Virus record (IMG/VR): IMGVR_UViG_3300031576_000009
Location: 37,721-101,720 of that record
Length of the DNA: 64,000 nt
Reading direction: 5' to 3' (one strand)
Source of the DNA: a virus
Shown here: piece after piece, positions 7,628-17,111 of the stretch
How positions within the stretch are numbered: the first letter of the stretch is position 1
Layout: each line of letters begins with the position of its first letter
Notes under the pieces: model-generated
Databases searched by the model: none
The model's input: the letters and a program-made list of their open reading frames with translations, nothing else
What the model was told of the DNA's origin: nothing
Program-made: the position numbers and the translations under genes

Positions 7628-9817
7628 TCAGAACGCCGTGATGATGACGATGACGCCATCGGCGCCGTTGCCGCCGTTGTTGATCGCATCACCGCTACCC
7701 CCACCACCACCTCCGCCGGGGAAGCCGCCATTGCCACCCGCACCGACGTCGCCACCGCCTCCACCAGAACCCCCGAGGGTGCTGATTCCCGTCGCGGTCG
7801 CGCTGCCGTCCTCCACACCGCCCGCCCCAGCCCCACCGCCGACCCCACCGACACCCGCAGCGCCCGAAACGGTCCCACCACCTCCTCCACCACCGCCGTA
7901 ATTCGAGGTGCCGCCCGTGCCGGCATTGTTCGCCCCGAGGTTTCCCGCACCGCCGGCTGCACCACCGAAGTCTGCGCGACCTCCCGGATTCTGCGTTGTC
8001 GAAGCGGAAGCTGTCGTGGGCGCACCACCGCCCATACTGCCGCTCCCCTGACAGGCGTTAAGTGTCTGACAGGCGGTGTTGGAAAGGGCCGTCGGGAGAC
8101 TCTGCACACTGCCGCCTGCCCCACCATCGCCCGAGTCGTTATTCGCGCCATCCACACCAGCCGACCCGAGATTCGCAGACAGGATGACGATACCGTTGTT
8201 CGTCACCGTGCTTGAAGTCGCCGCAGACTTCGTAGCACCACCGATGCCACGGACCCCGACGCTGAGAGTCAACGTGCTTTGAAGCTCGGAGGCCAGGAAC
8301 ATCGCCCGTTGGTAGGCGCCGCCGCCGCCGCCGCCGCCCCCAGCAGCGGTCCCTGTTGTGTTCCCTGCTCCACCACGACCGCCAGCACCGAGCATCACGA
8401 TGTCGACGTGCTTCGCTCCTTGCGGCTTGACCCACGTGTCGGCCCCCCCGCCACGGAACATCTGGACGTCGGGCGTACGTGGTGTCTGTGAGATCACCTG
8501 CGCAGCGGTCGCCGTCCAGGTGTTCACCTGGGCAAGCGCGATCGTGATATAGGCTTCTGCGGTGCTCGTCACGGTGCCAGTGGTCGCACCGAGATCACCC
8601 GCAGCGGTGTAGAAGCCGGTGAGGATCATAATCCCACCACCGTCCCCATCCGCCGTGCTCGCATCGAACCGCTCAGTGAGCGTCGCGAGTTGCGCGTTCG
8701 CCTGCGACGAGTATTGCGCGCCAGTGCCTCCGTCCACCGCGTGCGCCGCAACCTGCACAATCATCAAGTTGTCGTAGGGCACACGACCACCAGGGATAGT
8801 CATGCTCGTACTTGCTGTCTCTTTGACTCCCGACGAGATGAAGATGGTCGGGTCACCGGCGGCAGCGACGCCGCGGAACGACGCGATGACGACGTAGGTA
8901 TGATCGCCCGAGTCCGCAACGGTCGGGACGGACTCCGCGCCGCTTGAGCGCTTCCAGCAGAGTGTGAGACGAGTCGTTCCTGCGGCCTTCGCAATCCCGA
9001 ATCCTGTCTGCGGACCGCGCGTTGTATAGCCAGCCGGGCACGTCGCTGGATCGTTCTCCGTCTGGATCGCCAGGAGCAGCAGATCGCCAGAGATATTCGT
9101 CGGGAGCGTGAGCCCCTGAGCCGACCCGACGGTGCCCGTCCCGCTGCCCGCTGCCCCGACGCCGATAAAACTCGATGCCGTGCAGCCGGTCGCGGTCGAT
9201 CCGCACCCTGTCCGGTACGCGCTCCCGTACGTCTCGAACGCACCGTCGCTGCCGAAGCCAAAGCGCCGCGTGTACAGCGTCGCACCCGTGATGCTCGACC
9301 ACGCCGTGCAGGTGATGCCGTAGCTCGCGGTCCACGTCTCTGAGGAGTAGCACTCCCAAGCGTACCCGCCCTCGTTCGCCGCGCCTGGTTGCGGATCACG
9401 CATGACGCCGGCACCCTGCCCAGTAATGAAGAATGTCCCCATGGTCTGTCCACTCTGGACGTTCGTCGGGTTGCGCGCGTCGTCTCCGCCACCACGGCGA
9501 AGCCCCATCACGGAGTCAGGGCCAATACTCGACGAGTGTGTCTCCAGTGCAAGACTCGCAACGTTCGAACCACCGTGCTCCACGGCATAGAAGCTCGCCG
9601 TCAGTCCCCATACGGATGGCTCCAGTGAGGACGACGTGAACATGGCTCCGTAGAAGCTATGGACGGGAACAGTCCTCCCCGACGAGTCCGCACCCATATT
9701 CCGTTGGACATACCGCGGGTAGAAGCGACCAACCGGCGAGCCCGGCATGTCCTCCGACGACTGGGCTGCGCCACGTCCGGCACACAAGGCAAACACGAGT
9801 ACGAGGACCGCACGCAT
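7628..9817 (-). CDS. Gly-rich tail-fibre-like protein with N-terminal signal peptide
   Basis: MRAVLVLVFALCAGRGAA|QS; TWVKPQGAKHVDIVMLGAGGRGG...GGNGADGVIVIIT glycine-rich fibre domain; start re-called at TGATG overlap. Confidence 0.85.
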   Translation of the reverse strand: MRAVLVLVFALCAGRGAAQSSEDMPGSPVGRFYPRYVQRNMGADSSGRTVPVHSFYGAMFTSSSLEPSVWGLTASFYAVEHGGSNVASLALETHSSSIGPDSVMGLRRGGGDDARNPTNVQSGQTMGTFFITGQGAGVMRDPQPGAANEGGYAWECYSSETWTASYGITCTAWSSITGATLYTRRFGFGSDGAFETYGSAYRTGCGSTATGCTASSFIGVGAAGSGTGTVGSAQGLTLPTNISGDLLLLAIQTENDPATCPAGYTTRGPQTGFGIAKAAGTTRLTLCWKRSSGAESVPTVADSGDHTYVVIASFRGVAAAGDPTIFISSGVKETASTSMTIPGGRVPYDNLMIVQVAAHAVDGGTGAQYSSQANAQLATLTERFDASTADGDGGGIMILTGFYTAAGDLGATTGTVTSTAEAYITIALAQVNTWTATAAQVISQTPRTPDVQMFRGGGADTWVKPQGAKHVDIVMLGAGGRGGAGNTTGTAAGGGGGGGGAYQRAMFLASELQSTLTLSVGVRGIGGATKSAATSSTVTNNGIVILSANLGSAGVDGANNDSGDGGAGGSVQSLPTALSNTACQTLNACQGSGSMGGGAPTTASASTTQNPGGRADFGGAAGGAGNLGANNAGTGGTSNYGGGGGGGGTVSGAAGVGGVGGGAGAGGVEDGSATATGISTLGGSGGGGGDVGAGGNGGFPGGGGGGGSGDAINNGGNGADGVIVIITAF

Positions 9818-10272
9818 CAGAAGGTCCCGCAAATCGCCACGACGTTGATGACCTCGCTCGTCAGTGCATTGGTGAACGTTGCTTGCAGCTCGTCACCGTT
9901 CTCAAGATAGAAGTATGGGTTACCCTGGCCGTCGATGGGCAGACCGGGCCACGCACTGCCGCTCATGAAATTCACCGCGGGAATAGCGGTAGTGAACCCG
10001 GAGCTGGCGGGCACACTGATCGTTACGCCACCCACCTTCGTCGCACCCTTCTGAATCTGGACCGTCACCGGGTTGGCGGCGTTGTCGTTCGATGTGACGT
10101 AGAGGCCGACGCACTTTACCGTGTTCGTCACGGTGCCCACGACATCGACGTAGGTGCCGGGGCTGGTAGTCATCTGCACTGCGTAGAGCTTTGGCGTGCC
10201 CAGGTAGATCGGCGCAGTGGCCGCATGCGCCAGGGTGGACAGGAACAATAGGACCAAGACGAGACGCTTCAT
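9817..10272 (-). CDS. fibre-associated beta-sandwich protein with signal peptide
   Basis: MKRLVLVLLFLSTLAHA|ATAPIY...; C-terminal LENGDELQA...INVVAICGTF. Confidence 0.8.
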   Translation of the reverse strand: MKRLVLVLLFLSTLAHAATAPIYLGTPKLYAVQMTTSPGTYVDVVGTVTNTVKCVGLYVTSNDNAANPVTVQIQKGATKVGGVTISVPASSGFTTAIPAVNFMSGSAWPGLPIDGQGNPYFYLENGDELQATFTNALTSEVINVVAICGTF

Positions 10273-10275
10273 AAA

Positions 10276-11385
10276 TCAGACTCCTCCGAGAAGGGCATGT
10301 TGCAGAACCTGGACTTCGACGGACGACACGAGTGTCCCCGCGCCGCTGGTGGGCATGGCGAGTAGGCTACCATTGTTGCAGACTTCCATGGTGTCGGTAG
10401 ACCGATCGGCATACTGCGCCCAGGACTCCCCCAACGAACAGCCGGCGCTCGGAGTCGAGAGCGTGAAGTCGAGGAACCCGGCACTCGCCTCGTGCGCACC
10501 AGCCGTCTTGTCGCCGATGTTGAGCGACTCGATGGACGCCGTGCGCGTCTCCAAGTAGTCGGTCGGGTCGCCGGGATCACCGATGCGCGCACCCTTGCTA
10601 GTGCTCGACACCTTGAGGTGACCCGTGGAGACCACGAGGTTGTCCGTGATGTTCGTGTTGCCCGACCCATCAATTACGATGCGGTTCTCCGGCACCGTCT
10701 CGCCGTTCTGCACCGTACCGATCGTCAAGCCGGTTCCACGATCGCTGCCGGTCCATCCGCTGCCCGCCGTGACCGACCACTCGATGTAGCCGCCGCTCGC
10801 GCCCACAGTGCCATCGTGGCCCACCGCCTGGATCGTCATGATGTTGGTATTGAGGGCAATCGCGCTCTCGCTGCCGTGTGTACCACCAGTCCGGTAGCCC
10901 TGAAGGATGGCCGAGTTGCCCGTGCCGGTGCTGTGACTGTGGATCGTGATGGAGCCCTGGCCTGCACCGGGCAGCTCGACGTTGAGTACGCCCGTGTTGG
11001 CGGTGCAGCCGGCCTGACCGATCCCCAGGCAGTTGCCCGACGCATCCCACAGCAGCGCGCTGTCAGCCGCGATAGAGCCAGTGCCAGCCCAGTACGTTAC
11101 CTGCCCAGCCACCCCGGTGAGCGAAATCCACGTATCGGGGCCCGTGCGGGTCGGGATGCCATTGCCGAGCCCGGCGATCGCGACGAGGTCCGCGTCGAGG
11201 GCAACCACGCACCGTCCGCCGGACTTCGTCGCACCGATTGCTGGGGCGTCAAAATCGAGGACGCAGCCCGAGCTCACCAACGCGTTGTCCTGGCGCACCT
11301 CGGCGTCGTGCACTTCCCCAGCCATGTGCGCGTGTGCAAGCGACGCTATGAGTACCAGTACTCCGACTACACTCCACAGGCCCAT
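10276..11385 (-). CDS. tail-fibre-like protein with signal peptide
   Basis: LIASLAHA| signal; DADLVAIAGL, LLWDASGNCLGIG, RIVIDGSGN fibre motifs. Confidence 0.8.
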   Translation of the reverse strand: MGLWSVVGVLVLIASLAHAHMAGEVHDAEVRQDNALVSSGCVLDFDAPAIGATKSGGRCVVALDADLVAIAGLGNGIPTRTGPDTWISLTGVAGQVTYWAGTGSIAADSALLWDASGNCLGIGQAGCTANTGVLNVELPGAGQGSITIHSHSTGTGNSAILQGYRTGGTHGSESAIALNTNIMTIQAVGHDGTVGASGGYIEWSVTAGSGWTGSDRGTGLTIGTVQNGETVPENRIVIDGSGNTNITDNLVVSTGHLKVSSTSKGARIGDPGDPTDYLETRTASIESLNIGDKTAGAHEASAGFLDFTLSTPSAGCSLGESWAQYADRSTDTMEVCNNGSLLAMPTSGAGTLVSSVEVQVLQHALLGGV

Positions 11386-12092
11386 AGCGATACGTTCCCA
11401 GATGAGATCGCCGTGAGCCGAATCTTCGCTCCCAGCGAGGCGCGGGTCTGAGTGGAGATAAGACGACCGTGGTAATAGTTCGTCTCCTCAGTTCCCACGC
11501 CTTGCGCACCCACGTTATCGGGGGTGCGCGATACATCCATGAACCGGATCGCTTTGCGGAAGGCCGGGCTTGCCGCAAGGGTACGTGCATAGTCGTACAG
11601 TGCGACGACGAAGTCGCAGGTAGCACCGCTCGCCGAATACTCGGTCTTCACCAAGAGCTCGGAGAGCCGGAAGAGCTCGACCAACAGGAGATATCCATCG
11701 CCAGTCGACGGCGTGTTCGGGAGCGCGCGGTTGAGGGTCATGGTCCGGCTCGCACCGTGCGTGATGATCCGCCGTGTCTCGCCGATGTTGCCGGCGGTTC
11801 CGCTGATCATGTGGAGCAGCAGACCCTCGGCATTCGCCGGAAGGCCCGCCGTCACGTTGTCGAGCTGGACGATGGTCGCCGACGTGACCGTATCGAGCAG
11901 CCCGTCCCCATCATACGGATAGTCTCGATCGATCGTAGTCACCTGTGAGGCAATCTTGATGAAGTTCGCCGGAGCACCGAAGGGCGCGACGTGTGCCGAC
12001 TTGAAGGTCTGCGGGTTGCCCTCGATGTAGTCATCGCTGGAGATGATCCCGACGGTCTCGGCGCTTGCGGTGGACGCTGTTCCCTTGGCCAT
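11367..12092 (-). CDS. virion-associated protein, paralog A3
   Basis: DDYIEG...GETRRII...ISSGNVSLWACG shared with 14995-15702 and 15702-16430. Confidence 0.8.
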   Translation of the reverse strand: MAKGTASTASAETVGIISSDDYIEGNPQTFKSAHVAPFGAPANFIKIASQVTTIDRDYPYDGDGLLDTVTSATIVQLDNVTAGLPANAEGLLLHMISGTAGNIGETRRIITHGASRTMTLNRALPNTPSTGDGYLLLVELFRLSELLVKTEYSASGATCDFVVALYDYARTLAASPAFRKAIRFMDVSRTPDNVGAQGVGTEETNYYHGRLISTQTRASLGAKIRLTAISSGNVSLWACGV

Positions 12093-12099
12093 CGATCCC

Positions 12100-13089
12100 T
12101 CAGTGCAACGTGCTCAGGTACGGCGGCCGGTCTATGGTCTGCTCGTACCAGATGTAATCGATGTCCCAGGCACGCTCGCTCGCGTCCTGTGAACGCACCA
12201 TCAGGCCCCAGTGCCAGGGTTGCCCATCGTCCTCGACGTTGGATGACTTGAGGCAGCACCCTGTGTTACAGCCCACGCTGGCGGGGCAGGCCGCGTTGTC
12301 GATCTGACACTTGACGACGCCGACGCTCACGAGCTCGACGCGGAAGCGATACGAGGTCCCAATCACGGGGAGGATGTTCAAATCCGAACCGCTGCACGCG
12401 TTGTCGCCACAGGTGTAGCACTGGAACTTCCCGCTATTCTCGGCCCCATCATGCCGAATCCAGATCGCGCCGTTCGGGCAGCTATCCGGGTTGCTGCCAC
12501 CAGTACAGATGTCGATGCCCCAGTTCATCCGATTGTTGGTGAACGGTGATCCGAGCGCAGCAGGATTCTCGGGCTTGACCACGGACTCCAAGAACCACCC
12601 CACCGTGTTACTGAGTCCGTAGAGTGGCATCCCTCCATCACTGTGTTCCAGCTGCGCGGTCGTGTTCGCACTACTCACGCGATGAAAGGACGTGTTGAAC
12701 GAGGTCGCGACCCGCTGCCCTGAACCCGTGACAGCACTCCCACTGACGACCATGGCGTACGGAGCCCCCTGGACGCCATGGTCGTACGCCTGCAGCAGAT
12801 CGTCGAAGGCGATCACCCGTGCAGAGGGATTGAGCGAGCTCCCGCCCGCAATAGTCGCCATCCGCATCTTGCAGGAGCTCGCACCACCGAGCGCAGAGGT
12901 TTGCCCTTTGAAGTTGAGGATGCGCACCAACCCGCGAGAAGTCGAGCCTGCGAGGCATTCGATCCGCGGGCGCTGACCTAGTTGCGGCTGCGCGGAAGCG
13001 AAGGACGCGACGATGATGATGCCGATCATCGTCAAGCCGAACAGCACGATCCCAATCTTCACTACGTCTTTCAGAAAGGTTCGATTCAT
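12100..13089 (-). CDS. secreted Cys-rich lectin(ConA)-like protein, paralog B3
   Basis: Signal ...SFASA|Q; FQCYTCGDNACSG; CQID; DIDYIWY. Confidence 0.75.
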   Translation of the reverse strand: MNRTFLKDVVKIGIVLFGLTMIGIIIVASFASAQPQLGQRPRIECLAGSTSRGLVRILNFKGQTSALGGASSCKMRMATIAGGSSLNPSARVIAFDDLLQAYDHGVQGAPYAMVVSGSAVTGSGQRVATSFNTSFHRVSSANTTAQLEHSDGGMPLYGLSNTVGWFLESVVKPENPAALGSPFTNNRMNWGIDICTGGSNPDSCPNGAIWIRHDGAENSGKFQCYTCGDNACSGSDLNILPVIGTSYRFRVELVSVGVVKCQIDNAACPASVGCNTGCCLKSSNVEDDGQPWHWGLMVRSQDASERAWDIDYIWYEQTIDRPPYLSTLH

Positions 13090-14021
13090 CGGCTCACGTT
13101 CGCGCTATACCAGGCGTAGTCGACGCTGAGGCCGCGGATGCTGGCCGAGAGCGGCTGCACGGCAAGGTACGAGTTGAAGACCACCGAACTCGCCGGAAGG
13201 TTCGTCGTATGCGTCACGACCTCCCCGTCGATGTTGCATCGCAAGGTGGACGTGTTCTGCATGTCGATACGCACCTTCATGTACGTACCAGTACTCGGAA
13301 CGTAGCTTGACGCCGTTCCTGAGCACGTGCTGCTCGCGCAGGCGTAACACCGGACCGTAGAGCCAAGCGACGTATCGAAGAGCACACCGATGAAGTCCGC
13401 TGGCGCCAAGGTGTTGTACGGCGTATCGGCGGTGTCCGGCATGTTGCCGTACATCCCGGCCATGATGCGCACCGTCGTCGTGTTCTGGCGTGGCGCGAAC
13501 ATCCACTCCATGAACCAGTTGCCTGCTTGCCCGGTCAGACCGAAGAACGGATTCGGCACGACACGCGTGTTCTGATCGCGCAGTCCGAGTGTGTGAATGA
13601 TTTTGGCTGCGTTGAGCGTCGCGGGAGTATCCATGAACACGAGGCCGGGATGGTTGTAGTTCGACCCGTCGATACCAGTACAACCCGAACCCGCTCCACC
13701 CGCTCCTGTACAGGACCACCCACCATCCGTGTCGTAGTCCCGATCACCGATTCCTTGCGTAATGAACTCTTCGTACAGGTCGACCTTCGTGATCGGATCG
13801 AACGTGAATGTACAGTTGCAGGTTCCGCCGACCGTGCATCCAGCCGCTGCCAGCCCGAGGTTGAAGTCCATGCGGTTGCAGTCGGCGACCTTCGCGCCGG
13901 CTGAACGCACATCGATCCCCCGCGGGGCACCTGGCGTACGTGGTGCCGGCGGGCCGATGAACGGTGGATCGGCGAAGGCAGTGCTGACGAAGAGCAGAAC
14001 GGCAAGCAGTGATCGAATCAT
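13086..14021 (-). CDS. secreted Cys-rich lectin(ConA)-like protein, paralog B2
   Basis: MIRSLLAVLLFVSTAFA|D; CYACASSTCSG; TNLP; VDYAWYSANVSR. Confidence 0.8.
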   Translation of the reverse strand: MIRSLLAVLLFVSTAFADPPFIGPPAPRTPGAPRGIDVRSAGAKVADCNRMDFNLGLAAAGCTVGGTCNCTFTFDPITKVDLYEEFITQGIGDRDYDTDGGWSCTGAGGAGSGCTGIDGSNYNHPGLVFMDTPATLNAAKIIHTLGLRDQNTRVVPNPFFGLTGQAGNWFMEWMFAPRQNTTTVRIMAGMYGNMPDTADTPYNTLAPADFIGVLFDTSLGSTVRCYACASSTCSGTASSYVPSTGTYMKVRIDMQNTSTLRCNIDGEVVTHTTNLPASSVVFNSYLAVQPLSASIRGLSVDYAWYSANVSR

Positions 14022-14998
14022 CGGCTCACCGTGGCGTGGTACCAGACGTAATCGATGTGCAGCGGCTTCTCTGCCGTCGTCTTCGTCCAGGCACCGAGGC
14101 CCATGGTCAAGGCGATGTTGGACGGCAGGTTCGTGCTCTTTGTCACGGCGGTCGTCGCGTCGATCTGGCCACGCAGGTTGCTGCTATCGCTCATATCGAG
14201 CGTGAACTTGTACCAGGTGTTTGCCGCTACCGTGACGGCGGTGATGTCCGTTCCGCTACATGTGCTCGCCGAGCAACTGTACAGCTGAATGCGCGAGCTC
14301 GCGGATGCTTCGTACCGAAACCCGATGAAGTCGACGGGCGTGAAGAGCGTGGAGATGCAGTTCCGGCTCCCACACACAGCGAGCGTGGCCTCGCTCGTGA
14401 ACCCCATCAGGTAGATGGAGTTCGTCAGATCGCCGAGCTGTACGGCGAAGGTGAGTTTCCAGCCGGTCGTGTTCGCGAGCGCGTAGAAGGCACGCGGATT
14501 ATGGGTATGACTGCCGACGTTGCCCTGGATGTGCAGGAGCATGCAGCCCTTGTTGGTCTCATTGCAGGGCGTGATGACCTGGACACCAGGACGATCGAAC
14601 TCAGTCGCGTTAATCCCACGACTGTTGGTCCGTGAGCAACAGACGGTCCCGCCACCGGTCGCGGTCGCAACTCCTGTGAAGGCGTACTCTGTACCGCTAC
14701 GCTCTTCAGAAGCAACGCTGCCCCAGAAGTCCTCGAAGTAGTCGATCGTGGTGGACGGCGCGAGTCCTCCACTGCACGAGCAGGTACCGTCGATGTCGCA
14801 GGCATCACCGTTCCGTGTTGCGGTGAGGTTCGAACCGAACGCGAGCGAGGCACATGGCCGCTGAAAGACCCCGTTCGAGGACACGCGCGGGAAACTCCCG
14901 ACGCCTGGAGGCAACGGGTCATCACCGAAGGCGTTGATCACCTGGCAGATGAGCAGGAACGGGACGAGGAAGACGAGCAATCGATCCTGCCACTTCAT
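14018..14998 (-). CDS. secreted Cys-rich lectin(ConA)-like protein, paralog B1
   Basis: MKWQDRLLVFLVPFLLICQVINAFG|D; YSCSASTCSG; TNLP; IDYVWYHATVSR. Confidence 0.8.
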   Translation of the reverse strand: MKWQDRLLVFLVPFLLICQVINAFGDDPLPPGVGSFPRVSSNGVFQRPCASLAFGSNLTATRNGDACDIDGTCSCSGGLAPSTTIDYFEDFWGSVASEERSGTEYAFTGVATATGGGTVCCSRTNSRGINATEFDRPGVQVITPCNETNKGCMLLHIQGNVGSHTHNPRAFYALANTTGWKLTFAVQLGDLTNSIYLMGFTSEATLAVCGSRNCISTLFTPVDFIGFRYEASASSRIQLYSCSASTCSGTDITAVTVAANTWYKFTLDMSDSSNLRGQIDATTAVTKSTNLPSNIALTMGLGAWTKTTAEKPLHIDYVWYHATVSR

Positions 14999-15702
14999 GT
15001 GCCACCCGCCCACAGGCTCGTGGTGCCGGCAGAGATCGCCTTCAGGTAGACCTTCCCGCCAACCGCCCCACGCGAGGCGAGCGAGTAGCCCTGCACGTGC
15101 GAGAACGCCGCCTTGGTTACACCGACCGAGTATCCGAGGTTCATCAGGCGCACCGGGGCATCCTGGATACGGCGCGGGCCACGCGTCCCGACGATCGGTA
15201 CATCGAAGAGGGTCATGACGATGTCCAGGTAGTCGGTCTCGTTCACGTTCGAGTGCTCGGCCTTCAGCATCATCTGGTTCAGCTTGAAGAGGTCGAGCAG
15301 CAGGACGTAGTTGACCGTTCCCGTCGGCGTCGTCGTCCAGTTGCGATTGAGGGTCATCACCTGACCAGAGTGCGAGACGATTCGGCGGACCTGTCCGATC
15401 CCGGTCGAGGCTGCGGTGATCGCGACCAAGAGCCCATCGATGTCGATGTTAGTGAGCGGCACCGAGGTCGTGGTGATCGTCCCAGCGGCAACACCCGCCG
15501 CGACACCGGTCCCGTCATCCGGGTATTCCTTCACGGTGTTCACCGCATCGGCGATGCACTGCAGGGAAAGAGGGCTGCCGTACTGCCCAATGAGCTCGTG
15601 CTGAACGCTGGTCGTTCCCTCGATCTCGTCGTCGTACTGGAGAGTGCCCCACAGCTGGGACCCACCAGGATCGACGCGGCTGACGGTTGATCGCGACGGC
15701 AT
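14995..15702 (-). CDS. virion-associated protein, paralog A2
   Basis: Start re-called at MPSRSTV; DDEIEG, GQVRRI, NETDY, LWAGG. Confidence 0.8.
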   Translation of the reverse strand: MPSRSTVSRVDPGGSQLWGTLQYDDEIEGTTSVQHELIGQYGSPLSLQCIADAVNTVKEYPDDGTGVAAGVAAGTITTTSVPLTNIDIDGLLVAITAASTGIGQVRRIVSHSGQVMTLNRNWTTTPTGTVNYVLLLDLFKLNQMMLKAEHSNVNETDYLDIVMTLFDVPIVGTRGPRRIQDAPVRLMNLGYSVGVTKAAFSHVQGYSLASRGAVGGKVYLKAISAGTTSLWAGGT

Positions 15703-16430
15703 CAGAAGCCTCCGGCCCAGAGCACCACAGAACCTCCCGAGATCGTGTGCGCGTAGACCTTGGCCCCGAAGCACCCATGCGTCAGGAGCTCGTAGCGATC
15801 CCCGTGCGAGTAGGACGCCTTGGTCACGCCGACCTGGTTGGCACGGTTGGTGAGCCGAATACGCCGGTCGACGAACGGTCTCGATCCTCGCACGGTCTCC
15901 TGCGGCGTGTCATACAGATACACGTGGATGTCGACGTAGTCCGTCTCGTTGTTGGTAGAGAACTCCGCCTTGATACCGAGATGCGCGTACTTGAACAAAT
16001 CGATGAGGAGCGCGCAGATGCTCCCATCATCTGGGCGAGGGTTGTAGACGGGCGTGACCAGCAACGTGTGGAATGGAATGGCGCCGATCGTGGCCTTGAG
16101 CCCGGTGACCCGACGCACCTGTCCAAGTCCCGGCCCGACCTGTACCACGAGAAGCATGTCTGCGTAGTCGACGAGCACGTTTGAGCCCATCGTCGGGATG
16201 TAGACCTGCGCAGACGTGGCTGCTTCCACTCCTCCGGTCCCGTTGTCGGGGTATAGCGTCCCAGCAACGACCGGGTCACCGATGCACTGGAGGCGCATCG
16301 GCTGGCCCACCTGTCCGTAGATTTCGTGGTGGACGTTACTGGTACCTTCGATCTCATCGTCGAACTTGTAGGTCCCCCACTTCTGTGGGCCGGTCCCGGC
16401 GTCCTTCCGTGTGGCGGTCGCACGGCTCAT
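15702..16430 (-). CDS. virion-associated protein, paralog A1
   Basis: DDEIEG, GQVRRV, NETDY, LWAGG. Confidence 0.8.
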   Translation of the reverse strand: MSRATATRKDAGTGPQKWGTYKFDDEIEGTSNVHHEIYGQVGQPMRLQCIGDPVVAGTLYPDNGTGGVEAATSAQVYIPTMGSNVLVDYADMLLVVQVGPGLGQVRRVTGLKATIGAIPFHTLLVTPVYNPRPDDGSICALLIDLFKYAHLGIKAEFSTNNETDYVDIHVYLYDTPQETVRGSRPFVDRRIRLTNRANQVGVTKASYSHGDRYELLTHGCFGAKVYAHTISGGSVVLWAGGF

Positions 16431-16855
16431 GCCGCGTGCAAGTACTCCACGAGCTGGTACTCGGTGGTGGGAACCTGCTTCTCGGCCAGGAGCGTCCGGA
16501 AGTCGTCAGGCATCCGCCCGATCATGACCTTCAGCACGGCCCCGGGAATACCGTGGAGGATCACCCGACGCACGCAGTCGGGATGCAGGCCCAGGTGCGC
16601 ACAGAGCAGATCGAAGTCGTACCCCCGGACCAGGTCGATCTGTTCAGCGCCCAGGAGCCAGACGAGGTCGTGCCACCATTGCCGGTACATGCTCGACCCT
16701 TTCATCTGCTTCGGCTGCCAGAGGAACCGCTTGGCATCCTCCAGGATGGCCTGTAGCAGGCTGTACTCGCACCGATGGTAGTTGGCATGACGCGGTTCGA
16801 AGGTCGCAGCAACCGAGGGATCGTTGTACCAAATCTCTTCCTCGATGGAGACCAT
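16427..16855 (-). CDS. conserved hypothetical protein (AILEDA...FDLLCAHLGLHP family)
   Basis: Motif pattern recalled from an uncharacterised bacterial/phage family. Confidence 0.75.
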   Translation of the reverse strand: MVSIEEEIWYNDPSVAATFEPRHANYHRCEYSLLQAILEDAKRFLWQPKQMKGSSMYRQWWHDLVWLLGAEQIDLVRGYDFDLLCAHLGLHPDCVRRVILHGIPGAVLKVMIGRMPDDFRTLLAEKQVPTTEYQLVEYLHAA

Positions 16856-16871
16856 CTGTGCACCCTCCCCC

Positions 16872-17111
16872 CTACGCGATTCTTTCGGTAGGGAAGTTCA
16901 CGCACTCCGTGACGTGATCGACGTACTCGGAGGTGCCAATGATGAACCCGACCACAGGTACGTCCTCGTCGCTCTCTGGGATTGCGATGTCCCAGCCGAG
17001 CTCTAGGCACGCAGAGATAATCTGCTCGATGGCGGTTTCCGCCGAGCTGCGAGTCTCACTCACGTTTGTACCTGATCGATTCAAACGAGCCGCTTCTCTT
17101 CCGCTAGCCAC
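16872..17111 (-). CDS. hypothetical protein
   Basis: Fills operon gap; start uncertain. Confidence 0.55.
   Translation of the reverse strand: MASGREAARLNRSGTNVSETRSSAETAIEQIISACLELGWDIAIPESDEDVPVVGFIIGTSEYVDHVTECVNFPTERIA

Noticed and set aside
12100-14998. DGR target/template pairs among lectin-like paralogs
   Set aside because: No reverse transcriptase in the window and no near-identical repeat differing only at adenines was seen.
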